This document shows, in pieces, positions 24,677 through 37,000 of a DNA stretch of 64,000 nt; positions within the stretch are counted from its first letter, which is position 1; the number at the start of each line of letters is the position of its first letter. A program made the position numbers and the translations under genes. The stretch comes from Guillardia theta CCMP2712. Taxonomy: Eukaryota > Protista > Cryptophyta. Where the stretch lies: contig NW_005434663.1 in assembly GCF_000315625.1 (NCBI RefSeq), positions 649,882-713,881 of the forward strand, written 5' to 3'. The notes under the pieces were generated by a model. That model did not search any database. It saw only the letters and a list, made by a program, of their open reading frames with translations, and was not told the origin of the DNA.

Positions 24677-26221
24677 ATGTTAGTTCAGTTTCAATTGGCA
24701 AGCTTCTTTGCCGTTGCCTTCACGCTTGTGCTGCAAACTCCACATGTCGGAGCTACATGTGCGAACTTTGCAGCTTGGCTGAAACCTGTCAACCAGAGCC
24801 ATGTAAGTCCAAATCCGCAAGTGCTATCCATTAATACAACGTTTTCAGCAAGCGTTTGGGTTTGTGGCTTTCAGGCCTTTGCCTGATGGACAGTCCATCG
24901 TAATAGATTGGCAAATTCAGTACCCTTCGAATGCAAACCCGAACATTCAGACGAGGCTGGCCGGGGTTTTCGGTCCTTCGACGAACCCTCCGGCAAGTGC
25001 ATCGGCCTGTTTTCGCTTTTTGACGTCATTCATTTCAGTATAAGCCATCGAATTCGGGTCCTTTGTTGGATTTGGGATCCATTGTCAGCTCTCCTGGGAA
25101 CGTAGTCTCGTCCCGAATAATGAGAGCATCCAACCACATGTCTCAAATCTTGTCGTTTATGCGTGAGGGGTCGCTTTTCGTCGATGTGAGCAGTACCGCT
25201 GTATGCTCGCTTTCCTCCTGATTTGCACTTGCAAAGGTCATATTGGACCCCACAACAAAAGAAGAGCTTTACGGAAAGATTGTCATTCCAAGCTGTATGG
25301 AGGCTTCGCTACAAAATACTTTCGCATCGGGATTTGCAAATCTTCTCTACACGGCAGAATACTATGCACTTCGGTTCATTTTTCGACAGGATGTAACAGG
25401 TGTAACTGCTTCATTGGGATTTGCGGTATCCATGCGCATTATCTTTTACCTTGTTATTGATGATGCTCAAAACTCCAGAACGTCAGCCAAACAAGTAGTG
25501 TGAAACTGAACAACGAAATTCGAACCAGTGGGCAAAGCTACATGTACGTATTCAGATAATTTTGGTTGTGTATTGACGTATTGCAATCGAAAGTTACACT
25601 GTCGGGTGGAAATCTGATTGGCCTGGAGTGAATTTTCAGTCTCCAGCAACTTTAACCACCAGCCAGGGGCAAATTTTGTTTCAGTTTGCAGCTGCCCTAC
25701 ATTGTAGAGTGCTTTCAAATGTACCTACAATCATATGTTTCGATCTCATGACTTAATCTCGTGGCAGGTGGACAGTTCGCTGTTTAGAATAGCTGAGGAT
25801 TACAGAAGTGACTGGATCACAATCTGGTCGATGAACCCTCGCAATCCAGATGTTCGTACTTCTCTGTCACCGATATACTTCGCACACCCGTACTCGGTTT
25901 GTTTGTTTCCTCCTACCCTTGGGTAAGTGCGACTGATGACTTCTTAAAGGTGGAAATGGGGGGATCAGCGCAAGACATTTTTCAACGCTTTGGAATGAGC
26001 ACTGTTGAATTGCAGACAATGAATCAGCATATTGTAGATGTTAACTCTCTGAAGCCCGGAGGTGAGTTTGAACAATGATTGATCTTTTGATAATTTGAGT
26101 CGTGATGATTGATATCACTTATGCATCTGGAATGGTTAATTTTTCTTTTACAGACGTAGTTTGTGTAATCCCACGATGGCACTCGGTCAGAAGTGGGAAT
26201 GGGGCATCGATTTGCGTATGA
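24677..26221 (+). CDS. Secreted protein with two C-terminal LysM domains and a possible CHRD-like N-terminal region
   Basis: Signal peptide MLVQFQLASFFAVAFTLVL. LysM-like SLFRIAEDYRSDWITIWSMNP and SAQDIFQRFGMSTVELQTMNQHIVDVNSLKPG|DVVCVIP. Confidence 0.75.
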
Positions 26222-26310
26222 TAGACTTTTAACTTCTTGTAGAAACTAGTGAATAGAAAGAGAAAAGAAAATCTTTGTAATGTTACTGCTCCAATATACC
26301 TGGCTGAGTA

Positions 26311-27114
26311 TCATGGTTCTTGTTTGGGCAAGACAAGCACTGAAAACAGCTCTGGGGAGATATACTTTGTTTTCTGTCCTTCCTGTTCAAGGCAGCACTT
26401 GTCCTGATAGGAACTGTCAGGGGTGAAGAAATTGTGAGGAGTGAGAAACCTCCATGAGAGCCAAGAATTCATCGACTTCTTCGGGAGGAAGCTTATCACC
26501 ATAGGACGAAAGAATCTTTCTCATCTCATCAACCGAGAGGCCCTTCCCTTGCTTGTCGAATACTGAGAATGCATCCTGGCCGCAGCAATCACTTCACCGA
26601 TTCAGTCAACAACTTTTGAAGACCAACCCTGATCTGGTTCTCAGATATTGGCTTTGCCAGCAGCTTTGCGAGCAGCGGTACCATAGGCGCTAGCCTACCG
26701 TACAGGGAAGTCCGATGGTCAGCAATCGCGCACAGAGGTTCGGCTGGAAAATGATTCATACCTTACCACACCTTCTCCGTTTGGATCACAAACTTGGCAA
26801 ACTTGCTGCATGAATGTAATGAGTGTGGATTTCCTCAGAAAGAACGAAGTTTTGTCAGGTAACTTATGCTCAACAACCTGTATGTCTTTGGTGGAGGGGT
26901 TACAATTTACGGATCTGAGGAACATACCGACATCTTCGCTAGAGATCACCCCCTGCCAACCCGGCATGTCATGGTCATGGTCCCCATCAGTTCTCAGTTT
27001 CAGTCCGAGACTCACCTCTCCTAGTTTCTTGTTGTAGAAGGCCTTGAAATTCTCCTCCACAAGCTCCATAGGCAACTCGACCGCAGTCTTAGCCGCAGCG
27101 TCGGCCTCTGCCAT
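26311..27114 (-). CDS. Calmodulin-like/myosin light chain-like EF-hand protein
   Basis: EENFKAF...ISSEDVGMFLRSVNCNPS...CDPNGEGVVRYESF...DAFSVFDKQGKGLSVDEMRKILSSYGDKLPPEEVDEFL. Confidence 0.85.
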
Positions 27115-27199
27115 TCTCCTCCCCCTCAATTGGTGGATTGACGTTGTCGTTGACTTGTAAATGATGGATGCGTCAAAAAAACTAACCAAAAGTTCAAAC

Positions 27200-27330
27200 G
27201 TCAGTGGCCGGCGGGCGTCACTGATCACCGGGCCGGCCCGGAATGGCTCCGACTGAGTCAGTGCCCGGCGGGCCGGCCGCTTGGCAACGGGTGGACGCCG
27301 GTACCGTCCACTGTCTTTCCTCACTGACTG
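27200..27330. promoter_or_regulatory. GC/CpG-rich palindromic core of a divergent spacer
   Basis: Same vocabulary, with TCAGTG/CACTGA/TGAGTCA words. Confidence 0.4.
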
Positions 27331-27341
27331 ATTTGAGGAAC

Positions 27342-27500
27342 TTTACTCAAAGTTTTAAGTTAAAAATCAGATTTGAGGAAAACGATTCCGTCCCCCTCCA
27401 CTGACTCATACCGTACGGTCCGGACCTCACTGGCGGAAGGAGGGGTAGACTCTCCTGATTGTCCTCGTACTGATTTTCAATAAACTTAACTTTGAGTAAA
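27342..27500. mobile_element. Candidate MITE/foldback element with imperfect ~45-bp terminal inverted repeats
   Basis: TTTACTCAAAGTT (27342-27354) is the exact reverse complement of AACTTTGAGTAAA (27488-27500). The imperfect match extends inward, and the palindrome GGTCCGGACC lies at the centre. A homologous arm occurs at 20431-20480. No clear TSD. Confidence 0.45.
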
Positions 27501-27776
27501 ACAGGTAGTATCTACCTCTGTCCAGCCTATACTCCGGTTCGGAGACTGACCACCACCCCACCCCCTAATATACCTATATTGACCCCCCGATCCCCCAGCT
27601 TCCACCCCTTCGGCATTCCGAATTTGCTTCCCCGTCTGTTGCTACCAGTCCTCGCTCCTCTCGGATCAGCCTCTCTCTTCTGCTCCTTGTGAATCTCAAC
27701 CTCCCCCCCCTCGTCTCCTCCTCCTCCTGCACTTACAGACGGCGTTCCCGAGGTCCCTGCGGTCATAGTAGGAAGA

Positions 27777-30700
27777 ATGGATGTGTGCAAGTTGCTTATG
27801 CTAGACATTGAGGCAGCCGTCAGCGAGCTTTGTCATGATGATTCCGGATACACGATTGGATCCCTCGGAATCGCATTGGATGGATGTACGATCGTTGGAA
27901 TCATAGAAGACGGTCCAGCATTCCAGAGCGAGAAACTGAACCTGGGAGACAAGATCGTAAAAGTGGACGAGGTTCTTGTCACAGAGAGTTCGATCATATC
28001 CGCCATAGCAGGAGGCGAAGAGGAGCAGGTCGTGATCGAGGTTCAAAAGTCTACTGGGAGGAACGTCAAGGTGTGATGGGGGCCGGCATGAAGGGATGGA
28101 AGTGAAGTTGGCATGTGCAGGTGGAGTTAACGCGGGTGAAATCCCTTGACTTGATAGCCCTCCATGAGCTCTCTAGTCAAGTCAATCTAGCCGTTCACAC
28201 ATGTGAGAGAGGAGGAAGATGTGAACCTGCACGTGACGCCAGCTGGTGCAGGTGAACACCTGCAAGAGGAGCCGGAAAGCAGCAACGGGAGAAGAGTCTC
28301 GGACCTGATGGGCATTCTCGGGAATCTGACGGAACTTTTGAAGCGCTCCTACCACAAGGTGAGAGGATGACGACGTGTTCCTATATGCCATGACGCTCGT
28401 AAAGAGACAAAAAGCTAGCTCGAGTTATCTCTATCGTTTGCGACGGTCTCAAGAACGAATGTACGTCATGTTATGTTATGACGGCAACTGACGTATACAA
28501 TGATATGCGTGCAGGTCTTTGAATATCAAAGATCTGCAATTGCAAATGGAGAACATGAACACGTCGAATGAAAGTCAGATGCAAGATGCTATGGACGCCA
28601 GAGATAAGATCAAGCAAGAGTGCATTGATCTGATCAACCAGCTGCAGGTATGGTAGCGCACCTCTCGCTCCATGGCGTGCTGACAAACGGCATTTGCAGA
28701 TCTCTGAATCTGTGCTGAAAGGACTTGAATCTCAACTCAACAATGCTATGGTGATGCGATCGACCATGATTTGATGGATGCTCTTGACGTGTTCCAAAAG
28801 ATATCAATAGAAGAGAGACAGAGACGCCTCGATGAAGCGACGGAGCGGGAGAATTCTCTCAAACGAGAGATTCAAGAGCTTCAAGTGATGTACAAGCAGG
28901 TATTCCCTCTTCACAAGATGTCTTGAGAACATGATGGTGATGATCCAATGCAGGTTGTCGCAGGCCCGTCATCCATGGACAACGTTAGCCCAAATTTGCA
29001 TTGTCAGAAAGACATTGAATCCTTATGAAAACAGGAGGTGCAGCAATTAAAAGCAGAAATCAAAGAGAAGGAGGAAATAATCCAGGGAATGAAAAAGGAC
29101 TTCAGGTATTCTGAGTTTAATCAAGTTCTTGTGGATGTAATTGCGAGTACAGATCAAACTCTTCTCCTACAACTCATGATGGCATTCAAGGATTCAAGCA
29201 ACAACCCATTCACTTCCATCAACCAAACACACCGACACAGAATTCAAGTCACATCAATAAGGTCTTTTGGGATCAGCTGGCGATCCATGTGGATTTGACA
29301 GGAGTTTGGACAGGATGGAACTTGTTGGTGTAAGAACATCACGCCGGAATACGTGCAACATCTGGAGGTAAACCACAGTACCCGCATACTTTGGTGACGG
29401 CTGGTTGGCAGCTTTCAACAAGCACTTTGGAGAAAGCAGTCGAAACCTTGAAGTTTGAGACTGTCCATATGTCGCACGACTACAACAGATGCAAAAGGAA
29501 ATGCAACTCTCTGTTGACTGAGAGAAGCCTGATCCTCAAGGAAGGCGAGGAATGGAAGACCAAGGTAAATCCCAAGACGTGTGTGAACGTTAAAATGTGA
29601 TGAGTTTGCAGAACTCCAGCTTGCAGTCTGAACTTCGGAGATTGAGTTCAATGTCTCGATGATAAGATCGTGCTAATCGGTTTTGACTTGCTGCCAGCAG
29701 ACTTGAATCTCAGAGGGATCTTTTGGAACTCTCGTAACTTCATCTGATCACCGCAATCAAGCCATATGATTCACGCATGAACAGGTCACAAGAGATGAAT
29801 AACATACGTCAGCACATGCATGGAAGAGAAGAGAGCAAGGTAGAGATTATGTTTCAACTCAATTGTTTGATTGCTGTGTTCAGGCCGAAATCATGCACTT
29901 GAATACCACGAGACCTACAGCGAGAGCATCCGCATCTTCACCTTCGCTTGACACTTCTCTCAATCCTACTTCGAAGCGAACAGAGTTGTCCTTCATGGGT
30001 AGACGTTCCTGGCTCCTGTATGCTTGCAAGCCCTGATGTCCACACAGATCACCAGACGAGATCAAACTCAACAGAAACCAAAACTAACGCATGGTCCGCG
30101 AGTCTAAAAGAGCATACTCAGAGAAGCCCTCAGGCACTCCCTCGCTCAACCTGCTGCCTTGTGACTGATCCTTCCAGATCTCTCCCAACCCTCCTCCTGT
30201 TCAATATCTTGCCGGTTCGGGAGATTCTGCGGGAGAGCTGGTCTTTTCCAGCAGCACTGTGACTGTCTCTGTGTTTGCACTCTCAAGTTGATTGTGATGC
30301 AGTCTACCATTTCCTCTCAAACCTCAAAAGTTCCTTCACCCAGCAATCAGCGCGTGCAGACTGTCAAGACCTACTCCTCCATCCCGCATGTTCCACCCTC
30401 ACAACCGTCGGGCTACAACTCCTGGCACGGTGAGTTGAGGGTGGCAAGGTGAGTTCTCTCATGACGGAGATTGCAGCATCGCCATCCCCGTCGTTACATT
30501 CGTCTAATGACGGACGGAACTCGATTCAATCGTCTCCTGGCCCCTTGCATCGATCGTATGACAGGGGCGGGCAAGGCTCGCAGCAGGTTTACGCTAGGAA
30601 CGTTCAAGGTAGACTTTCACTGTCAAGGTTGGAAGAGTCACGCAGACGCTGCAGTGCTGGCAACCAACAACTTTCAAGTCGCCTACCCGCTCGGAGCACC

Positions 30701-30967
30701 GATGGTATGCGAGTTGTTGTGAGCGAGAGAAGATTGACCGGCATCAGGTGCACTATCAGCAACAATATGTGTCTGTGCCAGTCCAGGTCCCATATCAACA
30801 GCAACGTTCTATGCGAGTATCGGCAAGAGACAAGGTGCTGGAGAAGAGGGCTTGCGATCTCCTTCAGATCTCTCACGTCAATGCAGACAACGATGTGGCT
30901 GAGGGTGATGAACTCCGGGTATGTGGAATGATGACATGTGAGGTCATAGTATGGTCTTGTGCGCTGA
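27777..30967 (+). CDS. PDZ-domain plus long coiled-coil protein with a low-complexity tail (many exons; 3' end uncertain)
   Basis: PDZ: SLGIALDGCTIVGIIEDGPAFQSEKLNLGDKIVKVDEV. Heptad-rich exons follow (QQLKAEIKEKEEIIQGMKK; LEKAVETLKFE). Confidence 0.75.
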
Positions 30968-30968
30968 A

Positions 30969-31061
30969 GCTAAATTTCCTTCTTAAAGATATATTTCCTT
31001 GTCAAAGATATTTTTCTTTCTCAAGCTATATTTCCTTCTCAAAGATATAGTTTTCCTTGTC
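30969..31061. repeat. Imperfect ~18-19 bp tandem repeat x5 overlapping the stop codon of the NACHT gene
   Basis: Minus-strand units similar to GAAGGAAATATATCTTTGA. Confidence 0.75.
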
Positions 31062-34000
31062 CTGAACGCGCAAGATGATCACCTTCCCCTCCTGTTTGCA
31101 GTTGGATATCAGTTGAATCTTCTTCATAATGATCTGTTACCTTGGTTCCTAAAACGACTTTCCGTCCATCTGTCGGACAAATCGACCAGCTTGATATTTG
31201 ATAGTTCGGATGAAACGACGCAACCGTCTGACTTTGACGTGTTTCACGCACGATTCTATCGACCGCGTGCTCTTACCTGGCATCAAGATCGACTGCGTCA
31301 TCCTTCCGAAGCTGCCCAGAGCGTCAGGGTTTCAAAACGCCCGAGAGCTTCATGGCAACCTTGACTGAGTTGTCCTCCACAGTCACGAAGAGCCTTTGAC
31401 CGTCTGAAAGATTGATCCTCGGGACCTGATCTTCGATGAATGACACCTTGAGACGCACTTGTCCCAGGTCGTGTCCCTGTAAGAACCACTCTCAGATGCA
31501 TCCAGCACATCACTGCCTTACCACTGCATCGTTCTCGTCACACAGATCGAACCATCTGTCTATCTCCTGCTCATGTTTCAGGTCATTACATTGGGAATCA
31601 TATACAAACGGGCTGCTCCGCCAGTTGAAGGTGAGTTATCTCCAATTGGCCGAGGAAATCGTGATCTCCGACCAAATCATGGTCGAACACCTTAACTTGA
31701 ACATGCGGTGGACTTCTCAGTCCATAAAACGTAAACTTTTCGTTCCAAACCTGAGAGAGTTATTCCCCATCACTTTTCCCGATTGTGTTTCAAGAAACAG
31801 AGAAGATGCTTACAGGATTCAAAGTTTTCGGTCTGACTGACGTCTTCACCTCCAGAACCTCGTCATATCTCGACGTTCTTGAAATCTTTTGCGCTTCTGA
31901 AATCAAGATTTGAATTTTCTGCAAGAAGCATCTTAATTGTAGCAACACATGCTTGATCCTCACGTCAGGATAATCCGACTGCATCTCAGTAAAACGCCTT
32001 CTGGGGAGGGCCAGCAGGCTTGTGGCTCCTTCAGCTACAGCTGAGGCTTTGCTGGGCTGCCGCAGCATCAAGGCGATCTCTCCGATCACGTCGCCCTCCT
32101 CCAGCAAAGCGATCTCTTCCCCGTACGCGTTGAGGTTGGACTCCTGCTCGTCGATGCTCGTACCAACATGCATGTGCAGCTTTAGACTCCCAGACAAGAT
32201 CTGGTGGTCTGTGAGCAACACGACAAGACGGAGGTGACATGTACCATGTACATGGAGCTGTAGTACTCTCCCTGGAGGAACAAATGTTGACGATCGGACA
32301 ACTCGACTATATCCGACTTTGAAACCACATACTCGAGCTGTTCGTCAAACAACTCGAACAGCTTCGCTTTCTTCTTGCGCATGAGCGCCAGTGCCTTGGA
32401 GTACAACGGATGGTCTGCTGACCTGAGATCCTGGAAACTTTGACCAGGTAGGCTACGAAAGAAGGTCAGGCTGGATCACGAGCGAGCGGCTGCCTGACCT
32501 CTCGAGCTCATCGGACTGGTTGGTGAGGTTGATGACGACGAACGGGTCTGAAGTTCCCGACGCGTCCGCGGCCAACAGCTGACGTGCCTGCAGCACTTCT
32601 ATAACCTGCAAGCAGATCAGTAGCAGTTCCTCGAGTAGCGACTGCCACCAGAGTTCTCGGCATCATTGCGCTCCTGCTGTCAGGTCGTCTGTTCTGGATC
32701 TGCTCTTTTCTCTCGACCTTTCTCAGCACTTTGCTGGCCAGCAACCGCACTCGTGGCGAGCTGCTGGAAGCGAGCTGAATGAGCGTCTGAACCACCTACA
32801 AGTCGAGATGGAATCACGAGTACTGCGAGGTGCTGAAGATTGTGAAGGCGACAAGGGTGAGAGTTCGTACCAGTCTCGACGACTTTGTGAGTCTAGAGAG
32901 GACCATCAAAGTTTGACATACTAGAGTCTCATCGTCGCGCTCAAGGAGGGGAAGTAGCACCTGAATAGCCTGCAGATCAAAGAAGACAACCAGTGAGATA
33001 CGAGCTATCATGGTTCAATTCATGTCCCTCTCACCAAAATGTTGATTGACGGGATTCCAAGCATTCCCAGAGCAAGGTGTTTTCTCAGAAGCTTTTGTTT
33101 ACCTATCATGGATAGCAGGCTCCGTTCCATCTGGAAGAATTCGCTCGCAGGATCTTCAGTGCTCTGCAACGCATCTAGAAGGAACAAGGACAAGGGAACC
33201 GATTCATGTGTGACCTAGAAAGAGAACATCCTTCATGTCATTCATACAGACATGCTCAGAAACATCAAGTCAGCTACCTCTCCGTTGTCTGATTGCGACG
33301 TGTCTCCTTCCAGTGCTCCATGATTCGACGTCGCATCTGCCGTGACGTCATCGGGAGTCTTGTTTTCATCATCGTCGAGTGTTCTCTTGCTCTCTGAGGT
33401 CGTCGACTGCTCTGCATTCGCGTCACTCTCAGCATCCTCAGCTCTTGGCTGCTCGAGCTCGCGCAGCAGCATGGTATACTGCCACAAGCCAGCAGCCTCC
33501 TTCCTCAACCCTTCCGATGCTTGGTTGCCCTCAACAGCATGCCCCTGAACTTCAGCAATATCGCCTTGGGACAGCATGTCTGTGAGCTGAGAAACTGAAG
33601 TTTCTTCGGTTGCTTCATCTTCTGCTTCATCTTCTGCTTCATCTTCTGCTTCATCTTCTGCTTCATCTTCTGCTTCATCCTCGGCTACTTCACTTGTTTC
33701 CTCGATGGTATCAGGACCTTTGCGTTGCTCATTGTCTATCTCGGAGTTGATGGCTAACTCCAACTGCTCGTCAGACAGGGCCATGTCGTCGGCATGTTGA
33801 GCTAGGAGGGCGAGGAAGGGCGAGGGATCAGCCTCCTCGTGCACCTCCCAGTCCATCACCTCGGGGAAGATCACATCTGAGATGGAAGCGACGTCAGCAA
33901 TCCGCCCGACGAGTCGACAAGAGGAGGCCTCCCATATCAGGCATCCGAACTTGTGCAACGTAGCGATGTATCCCCCGTCCTGCGAGAACTTGCAAGCAGC

Positions 34001-37000
34001 TGCTGGGTCGCTCGCGTCGCACAGGTGGTGAACTATCAGCGTCTCTGCGTTCCAGTCGAGCACTCGGACATGTACACCCCCGTCCGCGGCTTGCGAGATC
34101 AAGTTGGTCCCGTCGCGCGAGATTTCAACATGAACAACTTCCATTGAGTGGCTGGTGGTCGTTTGCAGGGCGATGCCATGGGCGATGGAGGGGTCGTAGA
34201 GTAGCACGCTTCCTTGCGCTGTCGACACTGAGATCAATCTTCTTGTTGTACAGAAGGTGATGCCGCAGATGGTCGAATCGACTTTCCCGAGATTCAGCGC
34301 CATGTCTTGCGAGTTGAGGTCGAGGTGGAACAGGGTGCCGTCGACAGATCCCATCGCCAGAGTTTCTCCTTGAGCATCAAACTCACAGCAAACGATCGCA
34401 GAGTCATGGAACGCGATCGTCTCTGACTCCACGTACTGATGCATGTCCCAAAGTTTGATGGTGTTGTCACTGGAGCAGGAGACGAGCAATTGTTGACTGG
34501 CAGAGTAAGCAAGGTCGTAGATGATACCTTGATGCTCCTCGAGTTGATGTCTCTGTTCGCCAGACTTGGCAGACCACACCCGAACAGTCTTATCGTAAGA
34601 CCCTGAAACCACCTCGTCCCTTTGCTCCACCAGCACGCAAGCCGTCACCGCAGACTGATGGCCTAGGAAGGTGAGCTCGACTTGCCCTGTGACGATGTTC
34701 CACCTCCGCATGCTGCTGTCCCCCGACGCCGTGATGACTCGATCCTGATGGTAGAAGACTCCGTCCAGCACTTCCCCCTCATGCCCTTCCAGCCTGACGT
34801 CCAGCGCTCCTGACCCTGTGTTCCACACGCAGGCGGTGAGGTCAGCAGAGGTCGTGAGGATCCTCGAGTTGTCCTTGGAGAAGCAGCAGTGCAGTATCGC
34901 CTCCCCGTGGCACTCGATCTCCCGCGCTACCCTCCCGGTCTTGTAGTCGTGCAGTCTGATCAGCCCGTCCGCCCCGCCCATCATGACCAGGTCGTCTCCC
35001 AACGAGTAGGTCACACTGAACACGCCGGAATGGTGGTCGAGTAGAACCCTCAGCAAGGGGTCGACGTTCTCGGTCTTGTTTGCGATCTCAAACCAGACGT
35101 CAGGCACGATGCAATGATCCTTGGCTGTCGGCTCGAGGATGTTGAGAGCGTCTTTCACAAGGCCATTGTCGCCATTTGCAGTGCTATTCACCGCACTTTG
35201 AAAGGTCTGCAAGGGTTCGATTTGCAAAAGAGATTTGTTCTTGAGAACGAATTCAAAATACATCGCAATGCAAGTATTCCTCGGATACAAGATGCTCCCA
35301 ATCATAAGATCGTCGCAAAATTGATTGATCAGGCCAGCAATGCAGGCCGCATGAATGAATGGAATGGTACATACCTCTCGCTCAAACCTCGTTTCCCCCA
35401 TGTCTGCTTTCTTGACGTGTTCATTCGATTTCGCGTACTTGGTTGCTCTTTCAACTGGATCTACCCCTGACCCTTCGAAGCCACCCAGGGCATAGATGTG
35501 ATAAGGCAGCTCGCGCAGCTTCCTGACGTTCACCATGAATCGCTCGCCCACTCGCTGAAAGATGATGGGTTGCGCGTCTTCGACTTTCATGCTCCCCTCG
35601 TGATCCTCTTGTATGGTCGGATGATTTGATTCATCACTTGCTGCTTGTCCGCTGAAGTAGAGGTACTCGATCTCATGAAAGAAGTTCCTCGTCTCGAGAC
35701 TTGTCAAGTTGTATCGCCTGACGACAAACTCAGTAGCCAAGGAGTTGTTGGTCTTGATGCAGGTGTAATTCTCAACCCAGAAGTCTCTCAGGAAGGGTCC
35801 AAGATCTCTGTGCTTCATGTCAGTGTGTGAAGGCAACTCTATCGACATCACCTCTGAAGCAGAAACGTCTGCATGGCGGGGAGGGACTGGACCTCTGGGC
35901 TGAAGCTCCCAAAGAATTCCTCCATGGACTCGCTACAGAGAGACAAGATGTCAGCGAGCTCAGCCCTTGTGAGACCATCTCTAGCAAAGAGGATCGCAGA
36001 GAGAAAGTCAGTGACCAGCCTCTTCCCCCTCTTCTCTTCTACTCTCTCGATCATGTAGTTGTACATCCCATCGAACGAGGTTGGGAGCTTCAATTGAGTG
36101 TCAAAGGAGCGCCATGCAGAAGAAGCTTCAATGCACAGCGAGACGAAGAGGGGGAAGCAGGAGAGCGCTTTCTGCCCGACACTCTCGAAGCTTTGGACGG
36201 CATTCTTGATCGCTTCGTAGTGATCAGGATGAACGTTTCTGTGCTGAACTTCCAGGTGGCGAGAAATCAAAGTCGAGGCATCAGATGATTTCAAAGGCTC
36301 GATCCTCATGAACACTTCTCCGGAATACAAGTCGCTCAGGGCATCCAGACACTCCTTGGACGTGCTCCTGACCGTCACCACCACGCTGCTGTGCTGCGGC
36401 AGCGTCTTGGGCAACCAGGAGAGAGCCTCGGTGAAACCGAGGTAGCTCTCGAGCTCCTCAAGGGCATCGACCAAGACGGCTATCGGCTCCTCGGCAGACG
36501 CGTATTGTAAGAGCTTCAAGAACAGATCCCTCTGCTTCAAGACGTCGCCGGTCAGCCCCGCTAGAGTGTTGTCTTGCATGTAACCTGTGACTGAGCACAG
36601 CTGACGACAGAGGCCATGCAGCAGCTCTGAGGGGTTGAGGCGATGCAAGGAGGAACCAAGGAACCTGTAGATCACGCACGAGCCCTGGACCTGCTGCTTG
36701 AAACGAGAGCCTACCTGACTCAGCAGAGAGGTTTTGCCGACTCCAGGTTGTCCAATCACAAAGAGCGGTTGATTCTTCAGCCCCCACTTGCGCTGGTTTT
36801 CTCCTTTCATGTACTCCAGCAGCGTTTTGAGCTCCTTGGTCCTGCACTCAAAGCCAAGACAATGTTTGACTGCCATCTCCAATTCAACGGAGATGTCTTT
36901 GTAGCGAAGCTCGTTATCTTCAGTTCTCCTTACATCATGAGCGATTCTCTCATGCGTTATCGAAGCAATATCCTCTGCGAACAAGGAGAAGTGCTGATCT

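Noticed and set aside
35808-35851. Apparent overlap or programmed frameshift between the 1939-aa and 869-aa ORFs
   Set aside because: A 44-nt GT-AG intron with a CTGAC branch point joins them in frame (FLLQR|DLGPF).
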